Positions 48,117 through 59,654 of a DNA stretch of 64,000 nucleotides are shown here, piece by piece; the stretch's first letter is position 1, and each line of letters opens with the position of its first letter. The notes beneath the pieces were generated by a model, which made no database searches, was not told where the DNA came from, and saw only the letters and a list, made by a program, of their open reading frames with translations. Origin of the DNA: Schizochytrium sp. TIO01 (taxonomy: Eukaryota; Protista; Bigyra: Labyrinthulomycetes). The stretch is taken from NCBI GenBank assembly GCA_004764695.1, contig SMSO01000031.1:1030436-1094435 (forward strand), read 5' to 3'. Position numbers and translations under genes: made by a program.

Positions 48117-49370
48117 TTAAGACAGCCCGTCTATCAATTGCATGCTTTTATAGTTGAATGTGAAATCCTGGATATCCCCCTTGAAGCCAATGCTTCTTAC
48201 ATGTGCTATTTTGTTTTCATGTAAGGTCTCTTCCTCACAAATCAACGTCACAGGAAGACTGCTTGAGGGCTGCAACTCATATTTTCCTGCAGGGTTGACA
48301 CATCCCTCTGCAAGGTTCCATACACGCAAGGTGCGGTCCTTTGCAAGAGTAATTGCTGCCTCACCATTTCCGAGGAAAGAACAAGCCACAACTTCCTGAT
48401 CATGGCCAGGCAGAGTTGCGATAGGTCGAGACGAGTTTCGGAGATCCCAGAAGTATACTTCACAGCCGCGACCATCAAATCCCTTGCAGCCGGTCATTAA
48501 GGTGTGATTGTAAACATCCATGCAAGTGGGGAAATAAACATAGCCACCAAGCGCTTGGACTGGCTGATACATTGGGGATCGACGCCAGTCCCATGCACAA
48601 ACTGCAAGATCTTCACTTCCCTGCCACAAGAGGCTTCCTCCATCCCCGCTGCTAAACTTCATGCAAGTCGCAATGTTTCTAGCTCGGGATTGTTCTGCCA
48701 GTGACTTGCCCTGGCAGTCCCAAACCTTTACCCAAGTATCTCGGGAAGCTGATGCAAAATAGTCAAAAGAGTCCTTGCTGGTGCAAACTGTGGAAATATT
48801 GAGTTCATGGGCATTTGGGATTTCTAACACACATTGGTGGTTTTCATCCCAACACTTAACGCTGTAATCCCGTGATCCAGTCATGAGCATGTATCGATTA
48901 GTGTCAGGTCTTCGAAATGAAGATGCACTTGATACACTTTTAGAATGAGCATCCCAAGTAGCAGTGGTTTTTCCATACCTGTCAACTTGATGTGCTTTAC
49001 CTTGATCAGAAAGCATGATAAGGTTACCATGAGCAGGACCGTTTGTAGCACACATGACTGCCAAGTTTGTGGAACCCAGTCCTGCATTTGTGGGCGGTAA
49101 CTTTTTTTGCGATACCTTTGGAGCCTGATTTCGAGGTGAAGACATAGATTCATTGTTGATTCCCCATAGCGCTGCGTCCTCCTCCTGCTCGTTATCTTTC
49201 GACTCCTCGGCTTCTTGCAAGTAGCGACTTGGCCCTTTTTTAGGTACGTTGAGCGCTTTGCATTGCTTCAACGCAGCATTGTTTTTCTGCTTTTCGTCAC
49301 CAGTGACGCGCTGCTCAATTTGTACATCCCGGCGAGACCAAAGCCACGAAAGCGAAACCCGCTTCATCAT
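48117..49370 (-). CDS. WDR31: WD repeat protein, WDR31-like
   Basis: WD40 repeats plus SRARNIATCM, QGSED and TGCKGFDGRGCEVYFWDLR, resembling WDR31 (SRNLVTH, QTSED, NGFGGEGCEATLWDLR). Confidence 0.8.
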   Translation of the reverse strand: MMKRVSLSWLWSRRDVQIEQRVTGDEKQKNNAALKQCKALNVPKKGPSRYLQEAEESKDNEQEEDAALWGINNESMSSPRNQAPKVSQKKLPPTNAGLGSTNLAVMCATNGPAHGNLIMLSDQGKAHQVDRYGKTTATWDAHSKSVSSASSFRRPDTNRYMLMTGSRDYSVKCWDENHQCVLEIPNAHELNISTVCTSKDSFDYFASASRDTWVKVWDCQGKSLAEQSRARNIATCMKFSSGDGGSLLWQGSEDLAVCAWDWRRSPMYQPVQALGGYVYFPTCMDVYNHTLMTGCKGFDGRGCEVYFWDLRNSSRPIATLPGHDQEVVACSFLGNGEAAITLAKDRTLRVWNLAEGCVNPAGKYELQPSSSLPVTLICEEETLHENKIAHVRSIGFKGDIQDFTFNYKSMQLIDGLS

Positions 49371-49592
49371 GCCCTTGGTTGATTGCCTCCCGAGCGCAGA
49401 TCTCTTCGAACTCGTCAGAGCAAACTAGTGTTCAATCTGCATAAGTAGGTATGTATGAACCTACTATGGTTTACCGCATTTTGTTTTCTTTTTTTTAATT
49501 ATTGCTATTATCATTCCCATAATCATCCTCGCTAGTAACTACTATTACCCCTGACATACATATTTTCAAATTAAAAGTTTTCTATACTTTTC

Positions 49593-49628
<36 letters not shown>

Positions 49629-49749
49629 GGCGGTATCGTTGGGTCCCACTGTTTAGTCCCATTTTCTGGCTGCTTATTACAGCTATGCGCCTTGGGGTCT
49701 TAGCCGCATCTAAGGGAAACCTCTACGAAAAATTGAATCTTGGCTCCCT

Positions 49750-50540
49750 TCTAAAAAGGCGGTATTGAATCTTCTCGCAGGCTCTGGGAAGGTGGGCTCA
49801 AGGCTCGTTTGAGCGGCGCGTTCGTTCATATGTTAGGCCTGCGATAAACGCGCGTGCCTCGGAGGGTGAATTAATTGTTTAAGCATGATCGAAGGAAAGC
49901 ATTTTCCACTTTACTCAAGGCAAGAATTTCCGCCTCTCGAGTTGCTCGTTCTCCAAGCCTGCCAGAGTCCCAAAATTTGGGCGACCAAGTGCCAAAGCCA
50001 CAAGGTTCTTTATTTGGAAGTTGCGTCGAGGCCAGCACTCAACCCAGGGCCCTCAAGGCTCTGTGAATCGAGGCCCATTTCGCCTTCAGCTTTGATCAAT
50101 CAAGTCGCCTCAGTGCTTCGCAGTTTGGATAGATTTTCTACTTCATTCTTTCGACTCTCCATCTCCGCGACAAAACGAACCTACCCAATAGGCGGTGCTC
50201 ACGTGACCTACAGTAGAAGAAGATTCCGGAAGCGCTGAAAGTTCTCATCACGCCCTAAGAACGTCTCTTCCTGTCTTTCACGGAGTACCCTCAAGTTTAT
50301 GGCATCTTCTCACGAGTTTGCGCATTTGCAAGTGCAGGGTTGGACGGGCTTAGGCCATGCTGGCAGCACTCCGCATCGCCTAGGTTAGAGGAGAGCGCGA
50401 GCTAGACTCCCGCGATGTCGAGGTGCTTGCCGATGCACGAGTTGCTGGGATGGGTTTCTTTGTTTGTCCACGCGAGGCTCTTGTTGACCGAGTAGCTGGG
50501 CCGACTAATCTCTTTGCTGGAACTTCCAAGTCAGCATAGC
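49750..50540 (-). mobile_element. Degenerate Ty1/copia pol relic C: RT C-terminal half plus RNase H
   Basis: Collinear with roughly canonical spacing: LCYADL (50538), DIAGV (~50410), QRFRNLL (50231), GLDAT (50027), FWDSGRL (49972), ATREAEILALS (49936) and FLRS/MLKQL (cf. STxEAExxAL...WLRxxLxEL). Several stops and frameshifts interrupt it. Confidence 0.55.
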
Positions 50541-50772
50541 AAAGTACCGATCAAATTAAAAGTTTATAACTTAGTTCATAGCCTTTTCAGAGGGATTTAG
50601 AGGGAAGCATGCCGTGTAGTGATCGATTTAGAAGATAGGCAATTGAACTCAAGGTTAACGAAGAAGCAAATGAAAGCAATGCAAGACAACGCGAGCTGAA
50701 GGCTATAAAGGAAGGAGACGACCACACGAAGGAAGACAACTACTTACGAGGGGTCGGTGGAGAAGTGGTGTA

Positions 50773-50895
50773 AAAAGCTATAAGAAACATCTACTAAACG
50801 AATTATAACGGAGGGGTGTTTGAGGGTAAGTCTATGGTATATAGCTGCGCTCAGGCGAGCAAGAATATCCGCGCCGCGAAGACAATAAGAGCGTG
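50773..50895 (-). promoter_or_regulatory. Conserved 3'-flank/3'-UTR element of phosphate transporter copy 1
   Basis: Shares AAAAGCTATAAGAAACATCTACTAAA, ACGGAGGG, AGTCTA.GGTA, CTGCGC and GCGAAGACAATA.GAGCGTG (plus strand) with 59537-59654. Confidence 0.7.
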
Positions 50896-51061
50896 GGTAG
50901 CGCTTGCTTTTGCTGATGCAGCGAAAAAACACATCACAACGCAATAAAACGGTGGTGGCAAAAGGTTGTGGTGAAGGGCAGGCCTCTCTAGAAGGGGTCC
51001 AATTTGTTGACTACGTATGACAGAGGGTTGATTGGTTGGTTGGTTTGAAAGCGATCTGCAC

Positions 51062-52777
51062 TTAGATCATGCTGACCGGATTGTGGTTCTCGTCGACCTT
51101 CTCAGTCTGAGCGGGCTCACGACCCGAGCTGGTGGATGAAGAGAACTCATCACCAGAACGGGCAATACCAGTGCAGCGCTCGTAGACGGAGAGGAAGTGA
51201 GGGCGCACAGCGTCACCAGAGTACTCCTTGGCGCGGCCATCGAGAACGAAGTTCCAGCGGTCGTCAAGGTGGCGAAGATCCAAGTGGGAGACATCAGGCA
51301 CAAAGACCTCAGTCACAATGAGGCCAACAATACCACAGACAGCGCAGACAATGAAGATAACCTGGGAGTCAAGAGCATCACCGCTGTCACCGTAGGTGAA
51401 GAGGAGAGTAGCGAAGAGAGCGCCGAGCTTGCCAGATGCAGCAGAGATACCGTGGGCTTGGGAGCGAACATCGGTGGGGAAGAGTTCGGAGGGAAGGAGC
51501 CAAGTGGTGGAGTTGGGTCCCATCTGGCCCCAGAAGGAGCTGAGCAGGTAGAGAGCCTGGAACCAAGCAATGTTCTCAGGAAGAATGAGTTTATCGTAAG
51601 CAACACCACAGATGAGGAAGAGGGCAAAGATCCACGCGAAGCCGATGGTCTGCATGCGGCGACGTCCCATCCAGGGCTTGTCAATAGTGAAGGCAGCCAC
51701 ATAGTAGCCAATAAGCGCAATTCCAGAGTTGAGAAGAGTGTACTTGAGAGTCTCGAAGATGGTGGCGTCGCTACCAATAATAGTGGTCACGATCTTGCCC
51801 TGGAAGAGCTTGTTGCCGTAGAAGACAACGTCCCACACGAACCAGCCGACAGCAGTGCCGACAAGACGGTGCCAGTACTCGGTGAACATGAGCTTGCGGG
51901 AGCGGCTGAGACGGGAGTTGTCCTCGGCCTGCTTACGCTCCTCGTGAGCCTTCTTCCACACCTCGGATTCCTTGAGAAAGACAAAGCGTCCGATGGCAAG
52001 CACGCACACAAAGAAGGCACCGATGGCATACTGAAGACGCCAGGTAATCTCGTAGGACTTGCTGTCACAGACGGACTCAGTGCAGTTCTCGCCGAGGAGG
52101 ATGAAGACAATAACGAGAGTGTTAACAAAGTTACCGACACCCTGCATGGCAAAGGTGAGGACAACAGTCTTACCACGGAGCTGAGTGACGTAGTTGTTAG
52201 TCTCACGGGCAGTCTCGGCGCGCTCGGCGGCAGAGGCAGACGCGAGCGGGTACTCGCCACCGACACCGTAGGAGAAGAAGAAGAGCATGATTGCGAACAT
52301 GATCCACTGTCCAGTGATGGTCACACCGACGGCAGCAGCGGTGAGGACGGAGCCAATAGCCATGATGATGGCTGTGGAGCAGGATCCAATGCGACGGCCG
52401 AAGGCATCAGCGAAGAGACCGAAGGTAAGCATACCAACAATCACACCGACAACTTCGATGTAGGTGAGGGAGCTGACGAGGTTGTAGTTGCACTCGGTGT
52501 CCTTCTCGTAGCACTCCGGGTAGAGTTTTTTCCAGATAGGCTTGATGTTGCCGATAGCGAAGAGGATGTAAGCCTCGGAGAACATGCCGGCACCGTTCAA
52601 GGCACCGCTGCCGCAGAGAGCGATGTTGGTCTTGGCGCGCTCAGAGAAGGAGCGGGGCTCCATTTCGGCAGGCTGCACGACGACGCCACCGCCGCCGGCC
52701 ATGTTAATGTCAGAGCTGAAGGCACGCTCATAGTAGTGATCCTGCTCCTCCGTATGATTCTTTTGATCAGCAGTCAT
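51062..52777 (-). CDS. PHO84: PHS-family (PHO84/PHT1-like) MFS inorganic phosphate transporter, copy 1
   Basis: FADAFGRR, GVGGEYPLA, RGKTVVLTFAMQGVG, WRLQYAIG, WFVWDVVFYGN, GPNSTTWLLPSELFPTDVRSQAHGISAASGKLG. First ATG is at 52777; the frame is open upstream to GTG 52879. Confidence 0.9.
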   Translation of the reverse strand: MTADQKNHTEEQDHYYERAFSSDINMAGGGGVVVQPAEMEPRSFSERAKTNIALCGSGALNGAGMFSEAYILFAIGNIKPIWKKLYPECYEKDTECNYNLVSSLTYIEVVGVIVGMLTFGLFADAFGRRIGSCSTAIIMAIGSVLTAAAVGVTITGQWIMFAIMLFFFSYGVGGEYPLASASAAERAETARETNNYVTQLRGKTVVLTFAMQGVGNFVNTLVIVFILLGENCTESVCDSKSYEITWRLQYAIGAFFVCVLAIGRFVFLKESEVWKKAHEERKQAEDNSRLSRSRKLMFTEYWHRLVGTAVGWFVWDVVFYGNKLFQGKIVTTIIGSDATIFETLKYTLLNSGIALIGYYVAAFTIDKPWMGRRRMQTIGFAWIFALFLICGVAYDKLILPENIAWFQALYLLSSFWGQMGPNSTTWLLPSELFPTDVRSQAHGISAASGKLGALFATLLFTYGDSGDALDSQVIFIVCAVCGIVGLIVTEVFVPDVSHLDLRHLDDRWNFVLDGRAKEYSGDAVRPHFLSVYERCTGIARSGDEFSSSTSSGREPAQTEKVDENHNPVSMI

Positions 52778-53897
52778 TTTGTCAAAACCTGGAGCTTTGC
52801 TTAGTTTACGCAGGCGGGCTGCTTCTTGTAGCCGCTGCTCGAGGCGGTTTCTTTGTTTGGGATTTGCTTTCCGCTCCACGAGTGTTTCGGGTTTGCTCTT
52901 CCGAGGAATTCATTCCTTCATTCCTTCATTCATCACTCATTCCTGCTCTTTCAGTAGAAACAAGTACTCCTACTTCCTCGTAAGCCGCAGTAGGCGCTCT
53001 TCAATTAATTAATTAATTAATTAATTAACTTATTAATTAATCAACTCTATCTTCCTCCCATTCATTCCTATGTTCCATCTCCTTTCTTTTCATTCCATCC
53101 AATCTCCATCAATTGGCGCCTTTTACTTCTCCCTCTTATTCCTCTTATTCCCCTTCTCATTTCATTTGTTTTCTTTTCTTCTCTTCTCTTCTCTTTTCAA
53201 TAAATAAATGAATAAACAAACTATAAAGCTTGCCATCTCGCGATTCTTTCTTTCACTCACGCCTGCTAGCGTCCCCTACCCGACTGTTAGCTGGCTGGCC
53301 TTCCTCCCGCTCTCTCACAAATGGTAGAAGCGCAAACTTGAGGGCGCCAGACCAGAGAACAAAACAGACAAATGAATAAACAAACAAACAAACAATCAAA
53401 ACAAACTATTCGAGGCCATCGACTTTTTTTCTGCTTTCTTCTCTACGGCTCACTGACTCTGCGGTCGCGCGCGAGAGAGCGAGAGAGCTATAATAAAACC
53501 AAGAAACGAGCGAATCAGAAGCAGAGCCACTTTATTTTTCCTTCAACTTTTTTTGTTTTGTTTTGTTTGCTTTGCTTTGCTTTCTGATTTTTGTTTTTTT
53601 CGAGACAATCGGCGATCAGCTTTTCAAGTTGTTGATGGTCTCAAACCAAAAGGAGGAAACAAACAAGAGACCAAACAGTTTTTTACCTTACTCTTTCAAG
53701 AATCGTTTTGAATGATAGTTTGTAGCACTCATTCTTTTCATTCATTCATTCCAGCTCACTTTAAAAAGCCTTGAAGGTTTTCGACTTCGCCTCCATTTCG
53801 ATCCAAGCTTCGATAGCGAACGTGGGTGAGTACAGCAGAGGTACCTACTTTGCTCCTTAGTGTGAGTGATTTGATATTCGCTTTGAGACCGATTGTA

Positions 53898-54000
53898 ATT
53901 GATTGATCGATTGATTGATCGATTGATTGATCGATTGATTCATTGATTGATTGATTGATTCATTCATTCATTTATTCATCCATCCATCGATCGATTGATT
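53898..54000. repeat. Compound (GATT/GATC/CATT)n microsatellite
   Basis: Directly visible. Confidence 0.85.
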
Positions 54001-55855
54001 ACTGCTTCCTAACTGGCTGCTAACGCAGTCGCAGCAGTCTCCACCGAACGCCTATCGCGCGCTAAGACCGCCTATGGCGTCCTCTTCTTTGCGCAGTGAA
54101 GAACTCGTTTCAGCACCAAATTTTTCTCATCGCCGTGCATTTTTGGAAGACACGCAACAGAGGGGCGAATAACAAGGCAAACAAACAAACAAACAAACAA
54201 TCTATAAACAAGGAATTAAAAAAAATAGGCGACAGATCGGACGAGAGAAAGAGCTCAAAGTTAGTTTGTACTGGAAGGGTGAATGCTTTGGGCTTTTACT
54301 TTCCTCCTTTCCCTCTGAGGACGAGAAAGAAGACGAAGAAGCAGTCGAGTCGCTAGTTTTGAAAACCAAAACAAAAAAGTAAGGTCATTTATTTAAAAAA
54401 AATAATATATATATATATATACATTTAAATGTAGTAGTAAAGGTGGATACCTTCAAACGTATTAAACTAAAGAGAATCTAATCCTCTTTCTCTTTATCGG
54501 CGTGTCCTTTCAGGCTGGCTGCTGCTAGTAACAACAACCTTGGTCACGGCGTTTCTTTTCATCGATACATTGATTGATCGAGTCGTCGTCGGTTCACGAG
54601 TGAGTGGGTGAGTGAGTGAATAACTGATTTCCTTCTTACTTTCTAGTTTTCAAAACTCGCTCAATTCTTTCAATTTTACTTTTTTAATTAATTAATTAAA
54701 AATAAAACATACATCTCAAACTAATTTTAGTTTTTAATGAAAAGCGCTGTTTCTGGTGTCCATCTCTCAGTACAACACTGGATACCTGCAACCATCTTTG
54801 CGAGACGCCTTCTTTCCCTATAGAAAGAAAGTCAACGAAGTGGGTTTCATTCATTCATTCATTCATTGTTTCACTCTCACACTGTCTCAATGTCTCATGC
54901 CACGACCCTCTCAACCTCAGCCGTTTTCATTCATCTACTTTCTTCGCCTTCTCTTCTTCACGCTAAAAAGCAAATAAACTAACAGCCTAACAGTGACTTT
55001 CTTCTTGAATGGATCAAAAGATGAAATGAGCGTCTTAAAGGGAAGCGCTTGAACAAAGAACTCCAGGCCACGAACCAATCCCAAAGCCGCCTCAGGGCAC
55101 GCGTGGGCCGCGTCTTCCTCCCCCTCTATCTACGCACGCGTCGAATCGAGCACCAGCTCCGTCCTTGACTGTCTTCCGCCAAGCCACGAAGCATGCCAAT
55201 CAAGGGAACCAAACAAGCAAGCAAACAAACAAACAAACAAACAGACAAACGGAGCACTTGTTATCATCCCATATCCATCAATCACTCAAAATCCAACATA
55301 CATACATACATACATACATACATAACAATGAATTCATTCATTCCTCTCACTGCAATCTGTCAGGGGGGCTCCTAGCGCGCCCCGCTACCCCCTTTCCTAG
55401 GGGTCGTTCTCTCGTTCTTTGCCGCCGTTCCTCGAGCCTCGCGCTGACTCTAGTGCAGTAGAGAGACTAACCTCCAAATCGAAGATTCGGGCGCGAGCCG
55501 TAGCAAGCCTAGGAGTCGCGCTAGGGTGCCGCAATGGCATGACGGCCAAATTCGAGGTTGAGATTACAGCGCAGCGCCGCCAAGGCGCCCATTGGCGCCC
55601 ATTGGCGTGGCGGTCTCGCTGGCTAGCGGAGAGCAGGAGACAGCGAGCGTGATTGCGTATGCAGGCATTCACTCAGTCAGCCAGTCAGCCAGTCAGCCGA
55701 CGGCGAGAATCACCGGAGGGATTGATTGTTGCTACAAGGCATTTCGCAACTCGCTTCGAGAGAGCCCGAGATTAATAAAGACTGAGACCTTGGCCGTGGA
55801 CGACAGCGACTCGAGCCGGCAAGACGACGCAGAGAAATCTGAGAGGATCTACTGC

Positions 55856-55939
55856 GAAATTGAGATTGAGATTGAGATTGAAATCGAAATTGAAATCGAA
55901 ATTGAGATTGAAATCGAGATTGAAATTGAAATTGAGATT
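55856..55939. repeat. Hexamer repeat (GARATY)x14
   Basis: 84 bp of GAGATT/GAAATT/GAAATC units. Confidence 0.92.
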
Positions 55940-56418
55940 GGGCTCTCCTCTTCGATGGACATTTAAGGCACCGGGCGCTGGGTTTCTCTGGCGTGGCCTG
56001 GAGCTGTACCTCACGCACGGCTCCACGCCGTGTGGGTCCTGCGAAGGGCGCCTCCGTCTCCTCTTCTTATCCAAAATGCTCATCTGCCTTTGCGCGGAAT
56101 CTCCGCGGATTACGAGGAATCATCGCGAAATGTGCAGGAATAATGGAGAAGCACGCCGTATAACACTCCCTCACGGCCGCCATTCGGGGCAGCGGCGCCG
56201 CCCAGTACGTCCACGCGATCGTCCACGCGACCGTGCTCGTGATTGTGCTCGTGCTCGTGCTCGGCGCCGCTGGTTCCTGAGGAAGCGTGTACGCCTCGAG
56301 CCCCAGCTCCTCCAAAGACCCCTTTCGAACTCCACTTTCAATTGCGCAGCGCCCTCGAAAAAGAAAGCGCTCTGCGATCCATTTAAAATCTCTGGCGCAG
56401 AGAGAGAGTCCAAACTCC

Positions 56419-56457
56419 GCAGAGCTTTGCAGAGCTTTGCAGAGCTTTGCAGAGCTT
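56419..56457. repeat. 10-bp tandem repeat (GCAGAGCTTT)x~4
   Basis: Three exact copies and one 9-bp copy. Confidence 0.9.
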
Positions 56458-57619
56458 ATCGCGAATCTTCTGCAATGCGAAGGGATCATATGCTTCATTC
56501 TTCTTGTTCTTGCTTTTTATGTTCTTCTTGTTCTTCTTGTTGTTCTCAATTGAAAAGTAATTAATTATTGTAAGGTTTTTAATCAAGACGAAACAGGAGA
56601 AAGAGACACGCCGTTACGCAGCGCCAGCTTCGGCGAAATGCTCGCGAACGGTGGGATTCGTGCAGATGGGACGGGCCTGAAGGCGTCACTCACTCACTCA
56701 CTCAGTTAGTTAGTCACAGCAGCAGCAGAAGAAGGAAAGTTTATAAGCTAGAAGCGAAGGTATGTACCATTTCTTTCTTCGTTTAGTTATAGGCCGTATC
56801 ATTTATTTTCAAATGAAAGTTTTAAAATCTAATTTAATTAAATAAATAAATAAACAAATAAATAAATAAACAAATAAACAAATAAATATTAATGAGCAAA
56901 CGTTTTATTTGTTTTTCAAGGATCCACGGGACTACCCACAATGTATGGGTTCTAGAGGGTGGAGCACTAGGACGATGGGCAGGAGTCCCTGGGGTGGCGC
57001 GCGTCATATCTATCATTGGCAAACAGAGAGAGAGAGAGAGAGAACTCTGAGAAAGGAAAGAAAGTAAACGCAGCGATGATCGACTGCAATTGTTGCGAGA
57101 AAGGACCCGTTTAATTGCTTTTATCTCAGCTGGAGTAAGTAAAAGCAAAGATCGCGGAAGGAGACTCGAGTTGGAATTGAGAAGAAGGCAGAAAATGTCG
57201 AAAAGGCAGCAAAGAAGAGAGCAAACGGAGAATTGATCGATAATGGGGAGAAAACGACGACTCGAGGGAGGGCTCGAACTAAAATGGGATGCTTTAGAAG
57301 GAGTTTTGGGGCCATCGCGAATGGGCGAAGAGGTCATTGAGCGAGTGAATTGTAGAAAAGTACGCAATTGAGTGACGAGTGTTGTCATCTCAGGCTTACT
57401 TACGCACACTGCAGATCGCAAACGCCACGGCTTAGTCAACGATTGAATGAATTGATGAATGATTAAATGAATTGATGAATGAATGAATGAAAAGCAATGC
57501 AGCGAAGTTTGAAGTTGGATAAAACAGACGCAATGGAGGCGGAAGAAAGAACTGAGTCAAACAGACAAACGAACGAACTAACTAACTAACAGAGTTTGTA
57601 AGTTTGGGTCTGCGGTTTC

Positions 57620-57990
57620 TGACAACTTTCGAATCTTCTTCTCCAACTTTCTTGGGCAGGACAGAGCTCTGTTCGACTCGACTTCGTTGAGCTCAATTCG
57701 CGCTATTGTACCCCCAAAACCTCGCGAGCGAAACCCTCGAGTTGGTCCTGGACAGCGATGGCGTATCATCGCGCGGTGGAGTTTACTCCGCCTCTGCCGT
57801 CTATAGTCTGCGAATTGCTTGGTCGCCGGCCTCAACAGCGGCGCTGCCGAATGAAATCCACAAGCTCTGGTCCTTGTGTCGAGCACGCAGGATGGTGATG
57901 ACCGGAGTGCCCGAATACCAATGCATATTGACGTCGATGATCAGATTGCTGGGAGAGAATGCGGCGTTAGCGACCTCAGTTGTGCAACGA
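57620..57990 (-). mobile_element. Possible degenerate LTR-retrotransposon integrase relic D
   Basis: GC-richer island reading AAFSPSNLIIDVNMHWYSGTPVITIL..., VQDQLEGFAREVLGVQ* and EVESNRALSCPRKLEKKIRKL across shifted frames. The order is compatible with an rve D..D..E core. Confidence 0.3.
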
Positions 57991-58112
57991 AATGCAGAGA
58001 AGAGAAAAGCCTTTTCTCATTGCGTGCACATCTTCAATTCATTCATTTATTCATTTATTCATACAATCAATCAATAATTATGCATTCCTTCATTCCTTCA
58101 TCCCTTCATTCC

Positions 58113-58230
58113 TTCATTTATTCATACAATCAATCAAGAATCATTCATTTATTCATACAATCAATCAAGAATCATTCATTTATTCATACAATCAATCAAG
58201 AATCATTCATTTATTCATACAATCAATCAT
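58113..58230. repeat. 31-bp tandem repeat (TTCATTTATTCATACAATCAATCAAGAATCA)x~3.8
   Basis: Copies start at 58113, 58144, 58175 and 58206, with a partial copy near 58050. There are no spacers. Confidence 0.92.
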
Positions 58231-59536
58231 CCATCCACTGCTTCCTGCGAGTCGCTCTGTGCGGTGCAGTTGCAAGCGACTCACTCACCCCAAAGGACGC
58301 GCCGGTTAACTAACTACTTAACCAAAGTTGCGCTCGGCATCGAAGAGGGATTTGGAGCTTCGCAGGGAAAGGGTATCCATGGACGAGCTTCTGCCATGTT
58401 TTGGTTTCGCTTTCATGAGACATTGCCTGATCAGAAACCTCTACATGGCAGCTAATTCGGCAAAGGCTTTGCTTGCCTTTTGTTGCTTTCTAGTCCTTTC
58501 ATTTCTCTGCTTAACTAATAACGTTGCTTCATGACCTCACGTTAACATTTTTATTTTTATTCTTATTTTTATTTTTAAACAGAAACATTTTAAAGCAATT
58601 TAAAACATTTTATTTTTTAATGAGGAGCCTCTTCTTTATTTACTTTAAGCAAAATCATTTTTTTGAATCAAATAAGAAACGTCCTAGCTTTTAACACCTA
58701 AAAGAGAAATTTAAGTCAAGGATGAGGGACGGCCATCATGGTTTTAAAAAATATGGCGTCGATAGAAGATTAGACATTTGGTCGTTTGATGTTCAATGGT
58801 GGCACGACTAAGGAGAAAAGGGGACGCATGCGATCGGTGACTCGACTTGACTCGACTATGAATGGCAGAGCGGAACGTGACTTCCCACGCGACCTTTTCT
58901 TTCCCCGCAATGTATGTATGTATGTATGTATGTATGTATCCATTCTGAGCGAAGAGAAATATAATTTTATTTCAATAAAGTAATCATTAGAATGTACTTT
59001 TCCGCTCTCTGCTTCTCGTTCATTTGCTTTGTTTCGGAAAACCAGGCAATGAAAAGCGGGAGCCCCATCGCGGCTCTTGTTTTCTTTTTATTATTGGGTT
59101 GGAGCCAAGATAATAAATGCCGGGCTTTGCGACGCAAATCGAGGCTTTGTTTCCCCCTTCAGAAAAACAGGAGAAAAGCAATCACGAGCAATAGGCAGCA
59201 CTAGCACTATGCTAGAGAGTAGAGGAGACTTGTATCCCTTAGTGAAGCCACTGTCCTTAGAGTTACTATTAGGTGTGATGCTAGGGACCCTTTGCTGGCC
59301 TTTTAATACAACATTGTCGCATCTAGTGGCCTTGGTCTCACGAGACCCTGAGTCGCTTAAATCTCGACACTTGAGAGACTCATGAATGAATGAATGCCCT
59401 CGAAGGGCCAAGATGTCAATGCTATGAAGGGTGGAGACTCGGTCGCTCCATCCACGGGAGCCGCCGGGCTTTGGCCATAAAAGGCACGCAAGGGTTCTTG
59501 AAGGAAAGGATATGGGGAGAAAGAATGCAGGTTGGG

Positions 59537-59654
59537 AAAAGCTATAAGAAACATCTACTAAAACGGATTATGACGGAGGGTTTGGTTGTGTATGGAGTCT
59601 AGGGTAAGACTGCGCACGGAGGGCCTTGTACGCTGCGAAGACAATATGAGCGTG
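59537..59654 (-). promoter_or_regulatory. Conserved 3'-flank/3'-UTR element of phosphate transporter copy 2
   Basis: Homologous to 50773-50895; lies ~260-380 nt beyond the stop codon. Confidence 0.7.

Noticed and set aside
51197-52804. 535-aa plus-strand ORF (also 59851-60915 and 61147-61719)
   Set aside because: Antisense shadows of the strongly codon-biased transporter genes; no independent motifs.
55592-56564. ORFs encoding (EI)n, (RL/KS)n and (NF/NL)n peptides
   Set aside because: Products of the stop-free hexamer repeat and GC-rich DNA; no domain or coding bias is evident.
58040-58230. 31-bp direct repeats resembling a CRISPR array
   Set aside because: Copies are contiguous with no unique spacers, built from CATT/CAAT microsatellite units, in eukaryotic context with no cas genes.
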